Positions 17,301-25,679 of a stretch of 56,348 nt of DNA are shown piece after piece (positions within the stretch are counted from its first letter, which is position 1; each line of letters starts with the position of its first letter). A program made the position numbers and the translations under genes. Under the pieces are notes generated by a model. The model was not told the DNA's origin. It did not search any database and saw only the letters and a list, made by a program, of their open reading frames with translations. Location of the stretch: the IMG/VR virus record IMGVR_UViG_3300025030_000129, positions 1 through 56,348 of that record. The stretch is one strand, 5' to 3'. This stretch comes from a virus (taxonomy: Duplodnaviria > Caudoviricetes).

Positions 17301-20300
17301 TCCACCACTCTTACCCGCCAACGCCAGCACCCGGGCCGATGCTTCGAAATTCGGTGCATCCTTACGCATGGCCTCCACTAAATCGCCGGCGGCCATATTC
17401 GCCGCTTCGAGCCAGGTTGGCCGACGGGCGAACATCCGGGCGAAGAATCCCCGGATCGCCGCGAGGAACCTCTCGCGTAACGTCTTCCCGCGATATTCCC
17501 GTTCGGACATCCAGTCGATGGTTTCCGGATGGGTCAGGGCGTAGGTGAGGAATTCGTCCGGATTTTCCGCCGGCACCCGTAGCCACACTGGTAGATCTGT
17601 TCTTCCACGACCGTACGCACGAACCGCTTCGCCGAATTCTTCCCAGACGGCCCGGTACTGTTTCAGGGCGGCTTCGGCCTGGTGGTTCCCGAGTTTCCCC
17701 GGATTCGCCAGGTAATAATTCAGCATGTCGTAACGGGCCAGGACCGCCGCGTGCCACGATTCATGCAACAATGTGGCCTCGTTGTGACCATCGCCGTACA
17801 GGGTGATACCGATCCGTTTGCCCGCCCGGTCCGTTTTCGCGATACCGGCCGCATTGGTCCGGGTGTCGGTCACGGTCAGACTGAGACGGTCGGGATCGGG
17901 TAACAGGGTGAGCAGGTCCTCCGCCATGGTGCGGAATCGTTCAGACGTGGAGTTGTCCCGGATGTTTTCCAGTAAACCGTGGACCGTCTGACCGTCGGTG
18001 CGAACTGCTTCGTTGAACGGACGGGGTGCGGCCGTTACGATATCGCCGCCGGCTGCGGCCCAGGCGATCAAGGCGCCGCCTTGTTTGATGAATTCCCGGC
18101 GGGTAGTGGGTGATTCAAGGATGTCTGTTATCGATACGTCGGCGTCGTTGAAGATCACATAGTTGAAATTGCCGTCGCCTTTGCCTCTGCTGGTGCCATC
18201 GAGGTATTTTATGCCGCGGATGCCGAGGGAGTGGAGATATTCGGAGGCGGCCTTCTCGCTATCCTCCCTACCTTTAGAAAAATTATGCCTATCCAGCGCA
18301 TCATATAGGTCAGAGCCGGTAGGGTTTTCAATACGTAAATTAGAATTTACATCATCATGAATTTTCTGTACTTCCCCATTTTCGAGCGCCGCCTTCACCT
18401 TCTCCGATTGTTCCGACAACGGGCGGTCCCAGAGTAAATATTCATCCTCGGCGGGGGCGAGTTCGACTTGGTAGAGCTTGCCGGATGCCGATTTTTCACG
18501 AGCGAGGCGTTTTTTACCGTCTTCCAGGAGTTTCTTCGGATCACCGTTGTATTCAAGGATCTTCAGTCCGTCGATAATGTCTGCAGGTTTTATCCCGGAA
18601 AACAGTTGTCCAGCAACCCACAATTCCGGATCGGCTGAAAACGACGCATCAAGTAACCGACGGGCGGAACCAGATAGCGTGGTACGGTAGTGATCAGCCA
18701 CCTCTCTCTTACCAGCAAAATATAAACCGTGTCCGTAAGCCTGCGCCCCCTCGCCGGTACCAATCGCGGCCGTGCTGAATTTATCGAATGAATGGGGTGA
18801 TCCGTGGTAGGCGGCCGCTTCCAACACCGAATCAATTTCCCGGCTGTACGCCCCCGAATTCCGTTCGGCCGATTTCACCTGATTCGGGTCGAAAATCACC
18901 ACCTGTGCCCGGTCCTCGATGATCAACCCGTCGTATCCTTCCGCGATGAGTCGTGTTCGCAGGGCTCGGGCGGTTTCACTGTCGACGACCACCCGTTCCA
19001 GCCGGTCCGACTGGACCACGTAGGGATTTTCCATCCGCACATAAAACGCATGAGTCGTTCCCTCTGTGCCGACACTGTGCGCGTCGGCGATCGTTTCATC
19101 ACCGAGAAACGCACCCAAGGCGGCCAGTGGGGACGAGCCGGGACGAGCCGGGCGATTCAGGTCGAAGGTCCAGGTTTTCGATAGAAAATCCGGATCTGAT
19201 GTGCCGTGGTATAAAATTACCGGCGTACCTTGGTCGGTGATTTTCGAGGCGCCGAACCAGCGGCGGAACGTCGGCGAATTTTCCCGAAGTCCTCGCCCGG
19301 TTTCAGGGGTCGGCCGTTCAGTTTTTTCAGTAGGTCGGTCATTGGTATCTCCTATGGTTGATTCCAGGGTGTCGTCGAGTCCACTGCCGGTCGGTTCGGG
19401 GGGTCGCCTCGCCCGTTGTACGACATGAGTAACTTCTTCCGGCGCGGCCGCTTCCAGGGTGTCGTCGAGGCCAGCGACAGAATCCGCTTTAATCCGCTGT
19501 TGAACACTCTTCACCGGCAACCACTGTCCTTTATATTCAAACTCCCAATTCCCTACTTGTTTTCCGTTGACGGACGTTGACGTTCCGGTCGGTCGGTATT
19601 TTTTACCGTCAACAATGACTGTTTTCTCGATAGCCGGTTCGGGTGACGGTTTCCCGCCGCCGGGACCGGACGGTTTCACCGCCTCCAACCGTTTCACTAA
19701 GTCTTCATCGGGCGTCGAGTCGCGATTGAACGCAAACGATAAATTCCGCAGCGTGCCCACATGGGGTTTCAGTTTCTCGACGGTCTTACCCGCTATTCCG
19801 AGATAGTCAGCGGCGAGAATATAAGATCGTGCGTCGGCGACCGAATCGAAAGCGTCAACGGCAAACCCGGTTTCAGGATGGACGACATTATATCCTTTAC
19901 CGATTTTTTCGAAACCGAACGAACCGTAAACCATGGCGGTTGCGGATTCGGTTTTACCTTCTGGCATCTGCCGAGAGTATTCGGTTTTTTTAAATTTCCC
20001 GGTCAGCCCTGAAATAACGTTATCGAATCGTGCCCGTAGATCTCGGCGTTTACGTTCTTCCGCTGCACGAGTTTTTTCACGTTCCGCCCGTTTCGTCTCA
20101 GTATCCGATTCGATTTCAACCTTTTTCCAAAACCAGAATTTTTCAACAAAATTCTCAACGGTCTTTTCCTCGTTCGGCCCCGACCCGAGTAATTTATCCC
20201 CGCTTTTAAATCTGATTCGTCCGTTCTTTACCGAGGCTTGTACCGATAGCTTCTTCGTACCTTTGATGATAAATCCTTCGTTATCTATTTCCGCACCGTA

Positions 20301-23300
20301 CTTGGATAGCGCCGAGGCTATACCCACACGGTATTTATAACCGCCGTCGCGGGCGAGGACTGGTTCGGACTCGGTAGTTTTACCCCGCAGGTCACGTTCC
20401 GATTTCGCAGTACTCCCCTGCACCGTTTCCGGTCGACCGGCGTTATCCTTCCGTACCTTCTCAGCAAACTTCTGTCGGGCAACGTCCTGGTCGGTAACAG
20501 TCCCCCGCCGAACCAATGGACCTTTAGACGGACCATGCCCACTGACCCATTTCCGGAACGCTTCCATCGGTACACGGGTCACGGATCGCCCACCGGTCCA
20601 GCCGGATTCATAATTCGACTGGTATAACTGAAGGGCTTCCTGTTCGGTGGTCGGCCCGACGACGGTCTTGTGTTCATCGAAGGTGTCGTCCGGTTTATAT
20701 TGGTTCACCACGAATACATCAGCCGCCCCACCCGTGTAGCCGGGTTTGACGAATATGTCTACATGGTCTTTGTCCCGGCCACGGGTGCCTTTGATGTAGC
20801 CATAATCGGCGGTCAGATCCTGCGACCAGGCGCGGCCGGTGGCATCGGTACCACGACGGGTCGAACCGACCGGGTTTTCAATGGAGAGATTCAGGCCGTC
20901 GATGGTCACATGGGCCTTCTGATAGTTCCCCGCCTCTGCTTGGGCGGGGGTTGGTTCGGTATTTACCGGCTGGTCGGCGGCGATTGATTCGGCTGTAGGT
21001 TTACCAGAACGAGACGACGAGGGGCCAGGAGGTACCCCTCGCGTCTCTCCCGCGAGGAGTGAGGCCGCGGTGTTCGGTGCGGGGGCCGATTCCGCAGTTG
21101 GGCCGGGGGTATTCTGTCGTTCGATCAAATGCCGGGCGTAATCGATTCCTGTTTTCGTGAGGACATTAGGACCGAGGAAACTGCCGTCGGGGTCCGCCAG
21201 ATTACCGTCCTCGTCAACAGTGTATCCAGCGTTCACACGATCACGGATGAGATCCCGTTTTGTCAGTACTCGGCCACCGTAATTCACCTGTTTCGACAAC
21301 GCACTGAGTACCCGGCCGCGCTGCATCGGGGTCATTGAGGAATCAAATTCGTCGAGGTCTTCCCTCGCGGCACGGTCGGCAGACTCTTTCTCATCCCGGA
21401 CACGTTGTTCCGCTTCTTCCTTCTGGCGAAACACAGCATTCGATTCGTCTCGAACCTTCTTCTCTTCGGAATATTTCTGCGCTTCTTCAAGCGTCCCGAA
21501 GATTCGGTCACCCCCACCACGTGGCATATCCCCACGAACGGCGAACATTTCACCACGATCTTTTATGCTCGTGGTGTATACGTCGTATTGCTGGGCTTCT
21601 TCGAAGGGTTTGACAGCAATGATTTTAACCCCGTCGGTGTCAGCCGGTAATACGGTCCCGGAATCTGATGCCCCTCCATTAATTTTACTAGTTTCTTCAA
21701 TTGTTCCAGTTCCATTCTGTCCCCCTTCAATGACCGGTTCGGGCGGATTCTCCACCCGACGAACATCCTCGCCCGCCTGCAGCGTCACGGCATCGTCCGC
21801 CCATGTGTTCACAAGGTCGTCAGCTTCAGATTCGGCAAACGCCGTTTCAATGTCCCCCTGACGTGCGGCCCGTTGTTCGACCTCGCTCGGTCCCGCCTCG
21901 GCCAGCACCGCCGCCGACTCTTCCGCCGTGGACGACCTGCCGGTACGGTTCGCTTCCAATTCATCCGCTGCAACATACCGATCAGCCAACCGCTGTTTCA
22001 ACTGTTCGAACCGGACCGAGCGGCCCCGGGCGTCGGCCTGCGCCTGAATGTCCATTTCCGAATCGGCCCAGTCGTCCATGAGGTCGTCGGCGGCAAGGTC
22101 CGGCTGCATCCCCGCCAGGTTCGCTTCCGCTGCCGGTACCTGCTGCTCAAACGCTCGGGCCTGTTCCGCCTGCAGCACCTTGAACCGTTCGTTTATAATT
22201 CGCTCAACGTGGGGCGCAACCATCGGGTTCTTCTCGCGCAACATCGGCAGGACGTCACGCTGGACCCGCTGAACCTCTGCCAGATCGGCCCCGGCGTACC
22301 GGGCCTGGACGGCGGCGATTCCTTCGATTTCGTCAGGGGTCAGTTCCCCCAGGGTGATGTTCGGCGCCCCGGTCGGATTCGTGGCCGTTTCGATCTGGGC
22401 GGCAACCTGTTCCGGATCGGCCCCGAGCGGTACGTCCTGGGCGATCTGCTGGGCTTGACCGAGACTGAGCAGTTTCGACCCGCCGCCCATCGTGCCACCC
22501 ATCATACCACCGGATGCGAAACCGAGTGCAGCAGCTTCCCCCGTGTTTTCGCTGAGCGACTGGTTCGGGTCGAGATTTCTCCGTGTGACTACATTCTCGC
22601 CGAACTGTTCCGTCGGCGACTGCAGACCTTCCTGAACGGATTCCTTGCCGATTCCTTCGACCGTCTCACGGAGCACACCCTGTTTCAGGGCGCCCTTCTG
22701 GAACAGCTTCGGCATCGCACCGCCGGGGGCAACGGCGCCGCCGGCCAATGTGGCGGCAAACTGAGTCTTGACCGTTTCCTCTTCGACGATCCCGCGCAGT
22801 TCGGCCCGAGCGGTCGCCGGGTCCATCCCCTGTTTCAGCAGTTCCTGGTAAACCGGGGATTTCCGCAACGTCTGTTCCGGCATCTTCTCGATTCGTTCAC
22901 CGGCGTCGGCCGCCGACACCAGGGCCGATGTTCCCGCCTCGGACGCCCCGAACGTGATGAGATTATGGGACCACTTGCCGACCTTCGAACCGCCCTCGAC
23001 CGCGCGGATGAATTCTGGCAGGAACTTCGCTTTCGAAATCGCCGCCGACGCACCACCACCGAGCGGAGCGGTTGCGATCATGAGCGGCAACGATTCGGAC
23101 GATACCATGAAAACTTTCTTGATGGCGTTATCATCGAACCATTTACCGTCCTCATCGGATAAAAACGGCTGCGCCTGGACGTCCTTACCCTGCTGTGAGA
23201 TCTGGGAGGTGTAAAAATCTTCCGTGGTTTTCGCAATGTCGAGCAGGGACTGTTTAGAGTCTTCCGCCCCGAACCAGCCGGCAACGGTTGCGGCCGCCTT

Positions 23301-23609
23301 CGGAATCGCCGACGTACCGGCCAGGCCAGACATTACCACGTCTTTTACATCTGTACCGAACGATACATCTTCGAGCGGCAGGTCGATCCCGTAAAAATCC
23401 TGGTACGATTTACGGAAATACTCCTGTTGATCGGCGGGTAACGATTGGTATTCCGGATCGGCGATAGCTGACTTGAACTGTTCCAGGACCTCATCGGTGC
23501 CGTTCTCGGAAATGTATTCGCGGGAGAGAGCTCGTTGTGTTTCAGGGGAGGACTGCGACCACTCGTCGGAAGATTCGAGTTCGGCCAGGGAGAAATCATA
23601 AGGCGGCAT
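14313..23609 (-). CDS. large polyvalent (probably injected) protein: InPase, two ADP-ribosyltransferase-like domains, zincin HExxH, LPD38
   Basis: GNYQKAH..SIENPVGS..DYGYIKGT..DKDHVD; FRRWFGASK..YHGT..GYDG..FDPNQVKS; YHGSPH..GTGEGAQAYGHGLYF; LLHESWH; KIPMPYGYN..NKTWSG. Confidence 0.85.
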   Translation of the reverse strand: MPPYDFSLAELESSDEWSQSSPETQRALSREYISENGTDEVLEQFKSAIADPEYQSLPADQQEYFRKSYQDFYGIDLPLEDVSFGTDVKDVVMSGLAGTSAIPKAAATVAGWFGAEDSKQSLLDIAKTTEDFYTSQISQQGKDVQAQPFLSDEDGKWFDDNAIKKVFMVSSESLPLMIATAPLGGGASAAISKAKFLPEFIRAVEGGSKVGKWSHNLITFGASEAGTSALVSAADAGERIEKMPEQTLRKSPVYQELLKQGMDPATARAELRGIVEEETVKTQFAATLAGGAVAPGGAMPKLFQKGALKQGVLRETVEGIGKESVQEGLQSPTEQFGENVVTRRNLDPNQSLSENTGEAAALGFASGGMMGGTMGGGSKLLSLGQAQQIAQDVPLGADPEQVAAQIETATNPTGAPNITLGELTPDEIEGIAAVQARYAGADLAEVQRVQRDVLPMLREKNPMVAPHVERIINERFKVLQAEQARAFEQQVPAAEANLAGMQPDLAADDLMDDWADSEMDIQAQADARGRSVRFEQLKQRLADRYVAADELEANRTGRSSTAEESAAVLAEAGPSEVEQRAARQGDIETAFAESEADDLVNTWADDAVTLQAGEDVRRVENPPEPVIEGGQNGTGTIEETSKINGGASDSGTVLPADTDGVKIIAVKPFEEAQQYDVYTTSIKDRGEMFAVRGDMPRGGGDRIFGTLEEAQKYSEEKKVRDESNAVFRQKEEAEQRVRDEKESADRAAREDLDEFDSSMTPMQRGRVLSALSKQVNYGGRVLTKRDLIRDRVNAGYTVDEDGNLADPDGSFLGPNVLTKTGIDYARHLIERQNTPGPTAESAPAPNTAASLLAGETRGVPPGPSSSRSGKPTAESIAADQPVNTEPTPAQAEAGNYQKAHVTIDGLNLSIENPVGSTRRGTDATGRAWSQDLTADYGYIKGTRGRDKDHVDIFVKPGYTGGAADVFVVNQYKPDDTFDEHKTVVGPTTEQEALQLYQSNYESGWTGGRSVTRVPMEAFRKWVSGHGPSKGPLVRRGTVTDQDVARQKFAEKVRKDNAGRPETVQGSTAKSERDLRGKTTESEPVLARDGGYKYRVGIASALSKYGAEIDNEGFIIKGTKKLSVQASVKNGRIRFKSGDKLLGSGPNEEKTVENFVEKFWFWKKVEIESDTETKRAEREKTRAAEERKRRDLRARFDNVISGLTGKFKKTEYSRQMPEGKTESATAMVYGSFGFEKIGKGYNVVHPETGFAVDAFDSVADARSYILAADYLGIAGKTVEKLKPHVGTLRNLSFAFNRDSTPDEDLVKRLEAVKPSGPGGGKPSPEPAIEKTVIVDGKKYRPTGTSTSVNGKQVGNWEFEYKGQWLPVKSVQQRIKADSVAGLDDTLEAAAPEEVTHVVQRARRPPEPTGSGLDDTLESTIGDTNDRPTEKTERPTPETGRGLRENSPTFRRWFGASKITDQGTPVILYHGTSDPDFLSKTWTFDLNRPARPGSSPLAALGAFLGDETIADAHSVGTEGTTHAFYVRMENPYVVQSDRLERVVVDSETARALRTRLIAEGYDGLIIEDRAQVVIFDPNQVKSAERNSGAYSREIDSVLEAAAYHGSPHSFDKFSTAAIGTGEGAQAYGHGLYFAGKREVADHYRTTLSGSARRLLDASFSADPELWVAGQLFSGIKPADIIDGLKILEYNGDPKKLLEDGKKRLAREKSASGKLYQVELAPAEDEYLLWDRPLSEQSEKVKAALENGEVQKIHDDVNSNLRIENPTGSDLYDALDRHNFSKGREDSEKAASEYLHSLGIRGIKYLDGTSRGKGDGNFNYVIFNDADVSITDILESPTTRREFIKQGGALIAWAAAGGDIVTAAPRPFNEAVRTDGQTVHGLLENIRDNSTSERFRTMAEDLLTLLPDPDRLSLTVTDTRTNAAGIAKTDRAGKRIGITLYGDGHNEATLLHESWHAAVLARYDMLNYYLANPGKLGNHQAEAALKQYRAVWEEFGEAVRAYGRGRTDLPVWLRVPAENPDEFLTYALTHPETIDWMSEREYRGKTLRERFLAAIRGFFARMFARRPTWLEAANMAAGDLVEAMRKDAPNFEASARVLALAGKSGGSVENVAHQSLESTLYAQSPTTTQPDAIDRFLAKHPNLSDQWERFLYSAIDKDDPRRRVLKRADVVNLSENLSENTDILTIERLRGKKTADEAEQFMKTTAEPLLAGLARAKLAPADLDEYAHAKHAPERNKRMQQVNAKRFIDMAAAHLNSAERAALEERLIDIRSDVLMTGGTRADRQDRYLEVLDDLFTGIATQRADVATRQTELSQRIFTAAEVLKGTPDNLQKRLDARSKHLDEIEAVRDRWELESPRFAGITDAEANDIVNRWTADPRFQALTVAHQQLLDLGQLKLDILRESGQLSDVEYRSLVDGYEFYVPLHRDIEDDTRPATGRVTGPTGSPIKVAKGSMLEVVHILAHSIQNVQTAITRKHKADAGRVLVNFARENPDAGITVGKQAKNPTHDADGNIVMYTAPREADNELYIRVDGERFTLTFDTKNPTTNRFLESIKNADANLSGPMAALSKMIRILAMVNTTLSPEFVLSNFTRDIQTAGVHMEDTEARGLQGRVLKNVFPAIRGILGAEYGKAGTYWGKVYRDFAANGGKIGWMQSYDGIKDLAKQIESTMDLYRDGHIPKKSLRVIGDAISRTNTAVENGVRLAFYDQMIKSGATPSRAALTASNLTVDFTRRGADSPAINALYMFFNAGVQGNVRMIKAVSRSPRVRVIVGGIVVTGATLQLLAYATGGDDETGEPFVDGIPDFIRERNMIIMIPDSGGKFAKIPMPYGYNLFYNVGAEIVRGFHTAATGRKYDAAKAAMRTVTMALNSFNPLQSATVTQALAPTVVDPFVMVGENKTWSGSDLMPKESPFGPGKADAYRYWKSTSGIAKNIAQGLHRLTGGQGEYDNTAAVDISPEVIELMYETVTGSAGRFLKDSVVTPIQAITGDEPVEPAKIPFARRVYGQWSNRSISERYYESADQVERFRQNYLAADADTRKKMASDPRYKMVSLVKDAESTLTKLREARNKAEATGRPTKLIEEKIVNVQTEYLKRSKKWEN

Positions 23610-23681
23610 ATGACACCGGTACGTTATGGCTGAGGTGAGCCGTTACTCGCTTGCTCATTATTGCGAGATGAATCGTTTATC

Positions 23682-23828
23682 CGAAGGTATTTTAGGTAGC
23701 GTCTGACCGTCAGAGGCCTATCACTTGTACCAGGTGATCGGTCCGGCGGTATCACCCTCTGCAGCGGGTGCCCGTTTTCAGGACGGGGGACGGTCTCTGA
23801 CGGTCAGACGCTACCTAAAATACCTTCG
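23682..23828. repeat. 34-bp perfect inverted repeat enclosing a 79-nt multi-hairpin segment
   Basis: cgaaggtattttaggtagcgtctgaccgtcagag (23682-23715) and its reverse complement (23795-23828). Confidence 0.9.
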
Positions 23829-23976
23829 AACAACCGACGTAAATTACTGCAAATAATCCATAACAGAACACAATCACCCCGGCATTCGCGCCGAAACTGG
23901 TGCCACTGCCTACGATGAGCAGCAGCCCAAGCAGCATAGCCACAATGCCGGAAGTGAATATGTCGATGAGTTTCAT
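23815..23976 (-). CDS. 53-aa two-TM membrane peptide
   Basis: MKLIDIFTSGIVAMLLGLLLIVG...GVIVFCYGLFAVIYVG; AT-rich upstream gap. Confidence 0.6.
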   Translation of the reverse strand: MKLIDIFTSGIVAMLLGLLLIVGSGTSFGANAGVIVFCYGLFAVIYVGCSKVF

Positions 23977-24025
23977 AGGTTCATACGTTACCCTATTACC
24001 GCACAAAAATACAACCGTAAAATTA

Positions 24026-24925
24026 TCAGGTAGCCGAGAACGGGTCGGCCGGATTCGAGCCGGTCGGTACCGCAACAGAACCACGAACCGCCCATATCGT
24101 ATCGGCGTAATCCACGAATTCGAGCCAGTCTCCAATCTGCCCGCCGGTTGTCGTACTGTTCAGCGTGATCTTATCGTCCGTGCCGGATGCCTGGTACGCC
24201 CCCTGGGCCGCTGCGTCCAGATCGAGAATGTTGACGATGCCGACCATGGTATCCGTCGTCAGGGCGGCGATGACGAGCCCGCCGGTATTCGTGGTATTGA
24301 CGAGAACACGGTAAACTGCGCCGGACCCGGTAGCTTCCGGCAGGGTGAGGGTGATAGCGGTATTTGCCGAACCGTCCTGGCCGATTCGAATAATTCGACC
24401 TTCGGCAGTTGCGGGAATGTTCCCGGTTGCACCGAGCGGTACAATGCGGGTTGAAACGTCGGCAATCTGGTTGATCTCGGCAGGTGTGGCGCTAACTTGC
24501 ACCTCCGATCCGGTCGCACCGATCCACAGCTGGGTTACCTTGCTCACCCCGGAATTCACATTAGTATCGGTGACGACAGCTTTACCGGCCGCCTGGGTAC
24601 CATTGGTGATCCCGTCGATCTTTGCCAAATCCGCTTCCGACAGGGTGGTCGTTCCGGTAACAACGTTCCCGTTGAGGGTCACGTGCCGGAACGTTCCGAT
24701 ATCTTTATTTGCATCGACGACCACGGTTTTGCTTGCCGTCACCGTTCCGGCCGTAACATCCTGTTTATCGACAACAGTTTGCAGGGCGGTGATATTCGCG
24801 TTCTGGGACCGCGTGGCCGGCAGGGAAATACCGTCGGTTTTTCCGAACGGGGTAAGGGTGGTTGCGAAACATGGGATCGCGACGAACAGGCTTAAAGCCG
24901 TTAACAGTGCTGCAATTCTCTTCAT
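24026..24925 (-). CDS. putative structural protein with signal-peptide-like N-terminus
   Basis: GAGG SD; MKRIAALLTALSLFVAIPCFA; Thr/Gly-rich beta body. Confidence 0.7.
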   Translation of the reverse strand: MKRIAALLTALSLFVAIPCFATTLTPFGKTDGISLPATRSQNANITALQTVVDKQDVTAGTVTASKTVVVDANKDIGTFRHVTLNGNVVTGTTTLSEADLAKIDGITNGTQAAGKAVVTDTNVNSGVSKVTQLWIGATGSEVQVSATPAEINQIADVSTRIVPLGATGNIPATAEGRIIRIGQDGSANTAITLTLPEATGSGAVYRVLVNTTNTGGLVIAALTTDTMVGIVNILDLDAAAQGAYQASGTDDKITLNSTTTGGQIGDWLEFVDYADTIWAVRGSVAVPTGSNPADPFSAT

Positions 24926-24935
24926 AATAGGTTCC

Positions 24936-25679
24936 TCATTGACGACGATTGTTATTAAACATCGGCAGGGCATCCCCGGCCGGATTTACCACGATTGGCA
25001 CCGGTTCTTCCGCACTGTCGTTTGCGCCTTGTTTGGTACGACTGGCCACCTTGTTAAAAATCGACTGGAACTTCGATCCGCCACCACTCCCCGTGGACGG
25101 CGCGCCTGGTAGTCCATCAGGGTATGCCTGTTCAACCAGTTCCGGATAGGTGGTCTGTGCCCACGAATCGAATTCGAGTTCCGGTTGATTTTGGTCGCCG
25201 AACGGGTCTTTCTTCGCGTCGATCTTGGCTTTCTCGAACAGTTTCCGCAGTTCGGTACGGGCGGCCTGAACGTCCTTCGTGGCTTTTTTACCTTCTTTCA
25301 CGGTTTCGAGGCCGACGGCGTTCTCGTGCTGGATACCGAGTTTTTTCAACTCAAACTCGTTTGCATCAGCCTTATCGGCAATGTCCTGCGCTCGTTTCGC
25401 CTGCGCTTCCTTCGATTTGAACCCGTATTCCGCTTCGGTTTTCTTCATTTCGAAGTCTTGAGTGCTACCCTGTTTCATGAGGTCGAACGCCTGCTGGTCC
25501 TTCTGTTTCCGCATCTCCCAGTTGCGTTGCCGTTCCTCTTTCATCATGAGTAGTTGAGCCTGGCGTTCCATCTGGGCCTGTGCTTTCACCTCAGCGTTTT
25601 CACGGGCCTGGTTGTTGAAAAAACCCTCGGCCGCCCCACCAAGGGCAGCAATCGCATACTCCGCTCCGGATACTCCCAT
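24936..25679 (-). CDS. putative internal virion/ejection protein
   Basis: ALGGAAEG N-terminus, long charged helices; position in operon. Confidence 0.6.
   Translation of the reverse strand: MGVSGAEYAIAALGGAAEGFFNNQARENAEVKAQAQMERQAQLLMMKEERQRNWEMRKQKDQQAFDLMKQGSTQDFEMKKTEAEYGFKSKEAQAKRAQDIADKADANEFELKKLGIQHENAVGLETVKEGKKATKDVQAARTELRKLFEKAKIDAKKDPFGDQNQPELEFDSWAQTTYPELVEQAYPDGLPGAPSTGSGGGSKFQSIFNKVASRTKQGANDSAEEPVPIVVNPAGDALPMFNNNRRQ

Noticed and set aside
21873-23162. 429-aa plus-strand ORF and many similar antisense ORFs
   Set aside because: Shadow frames of GC-rich genes on the opposite strand, with no motifs or SD.
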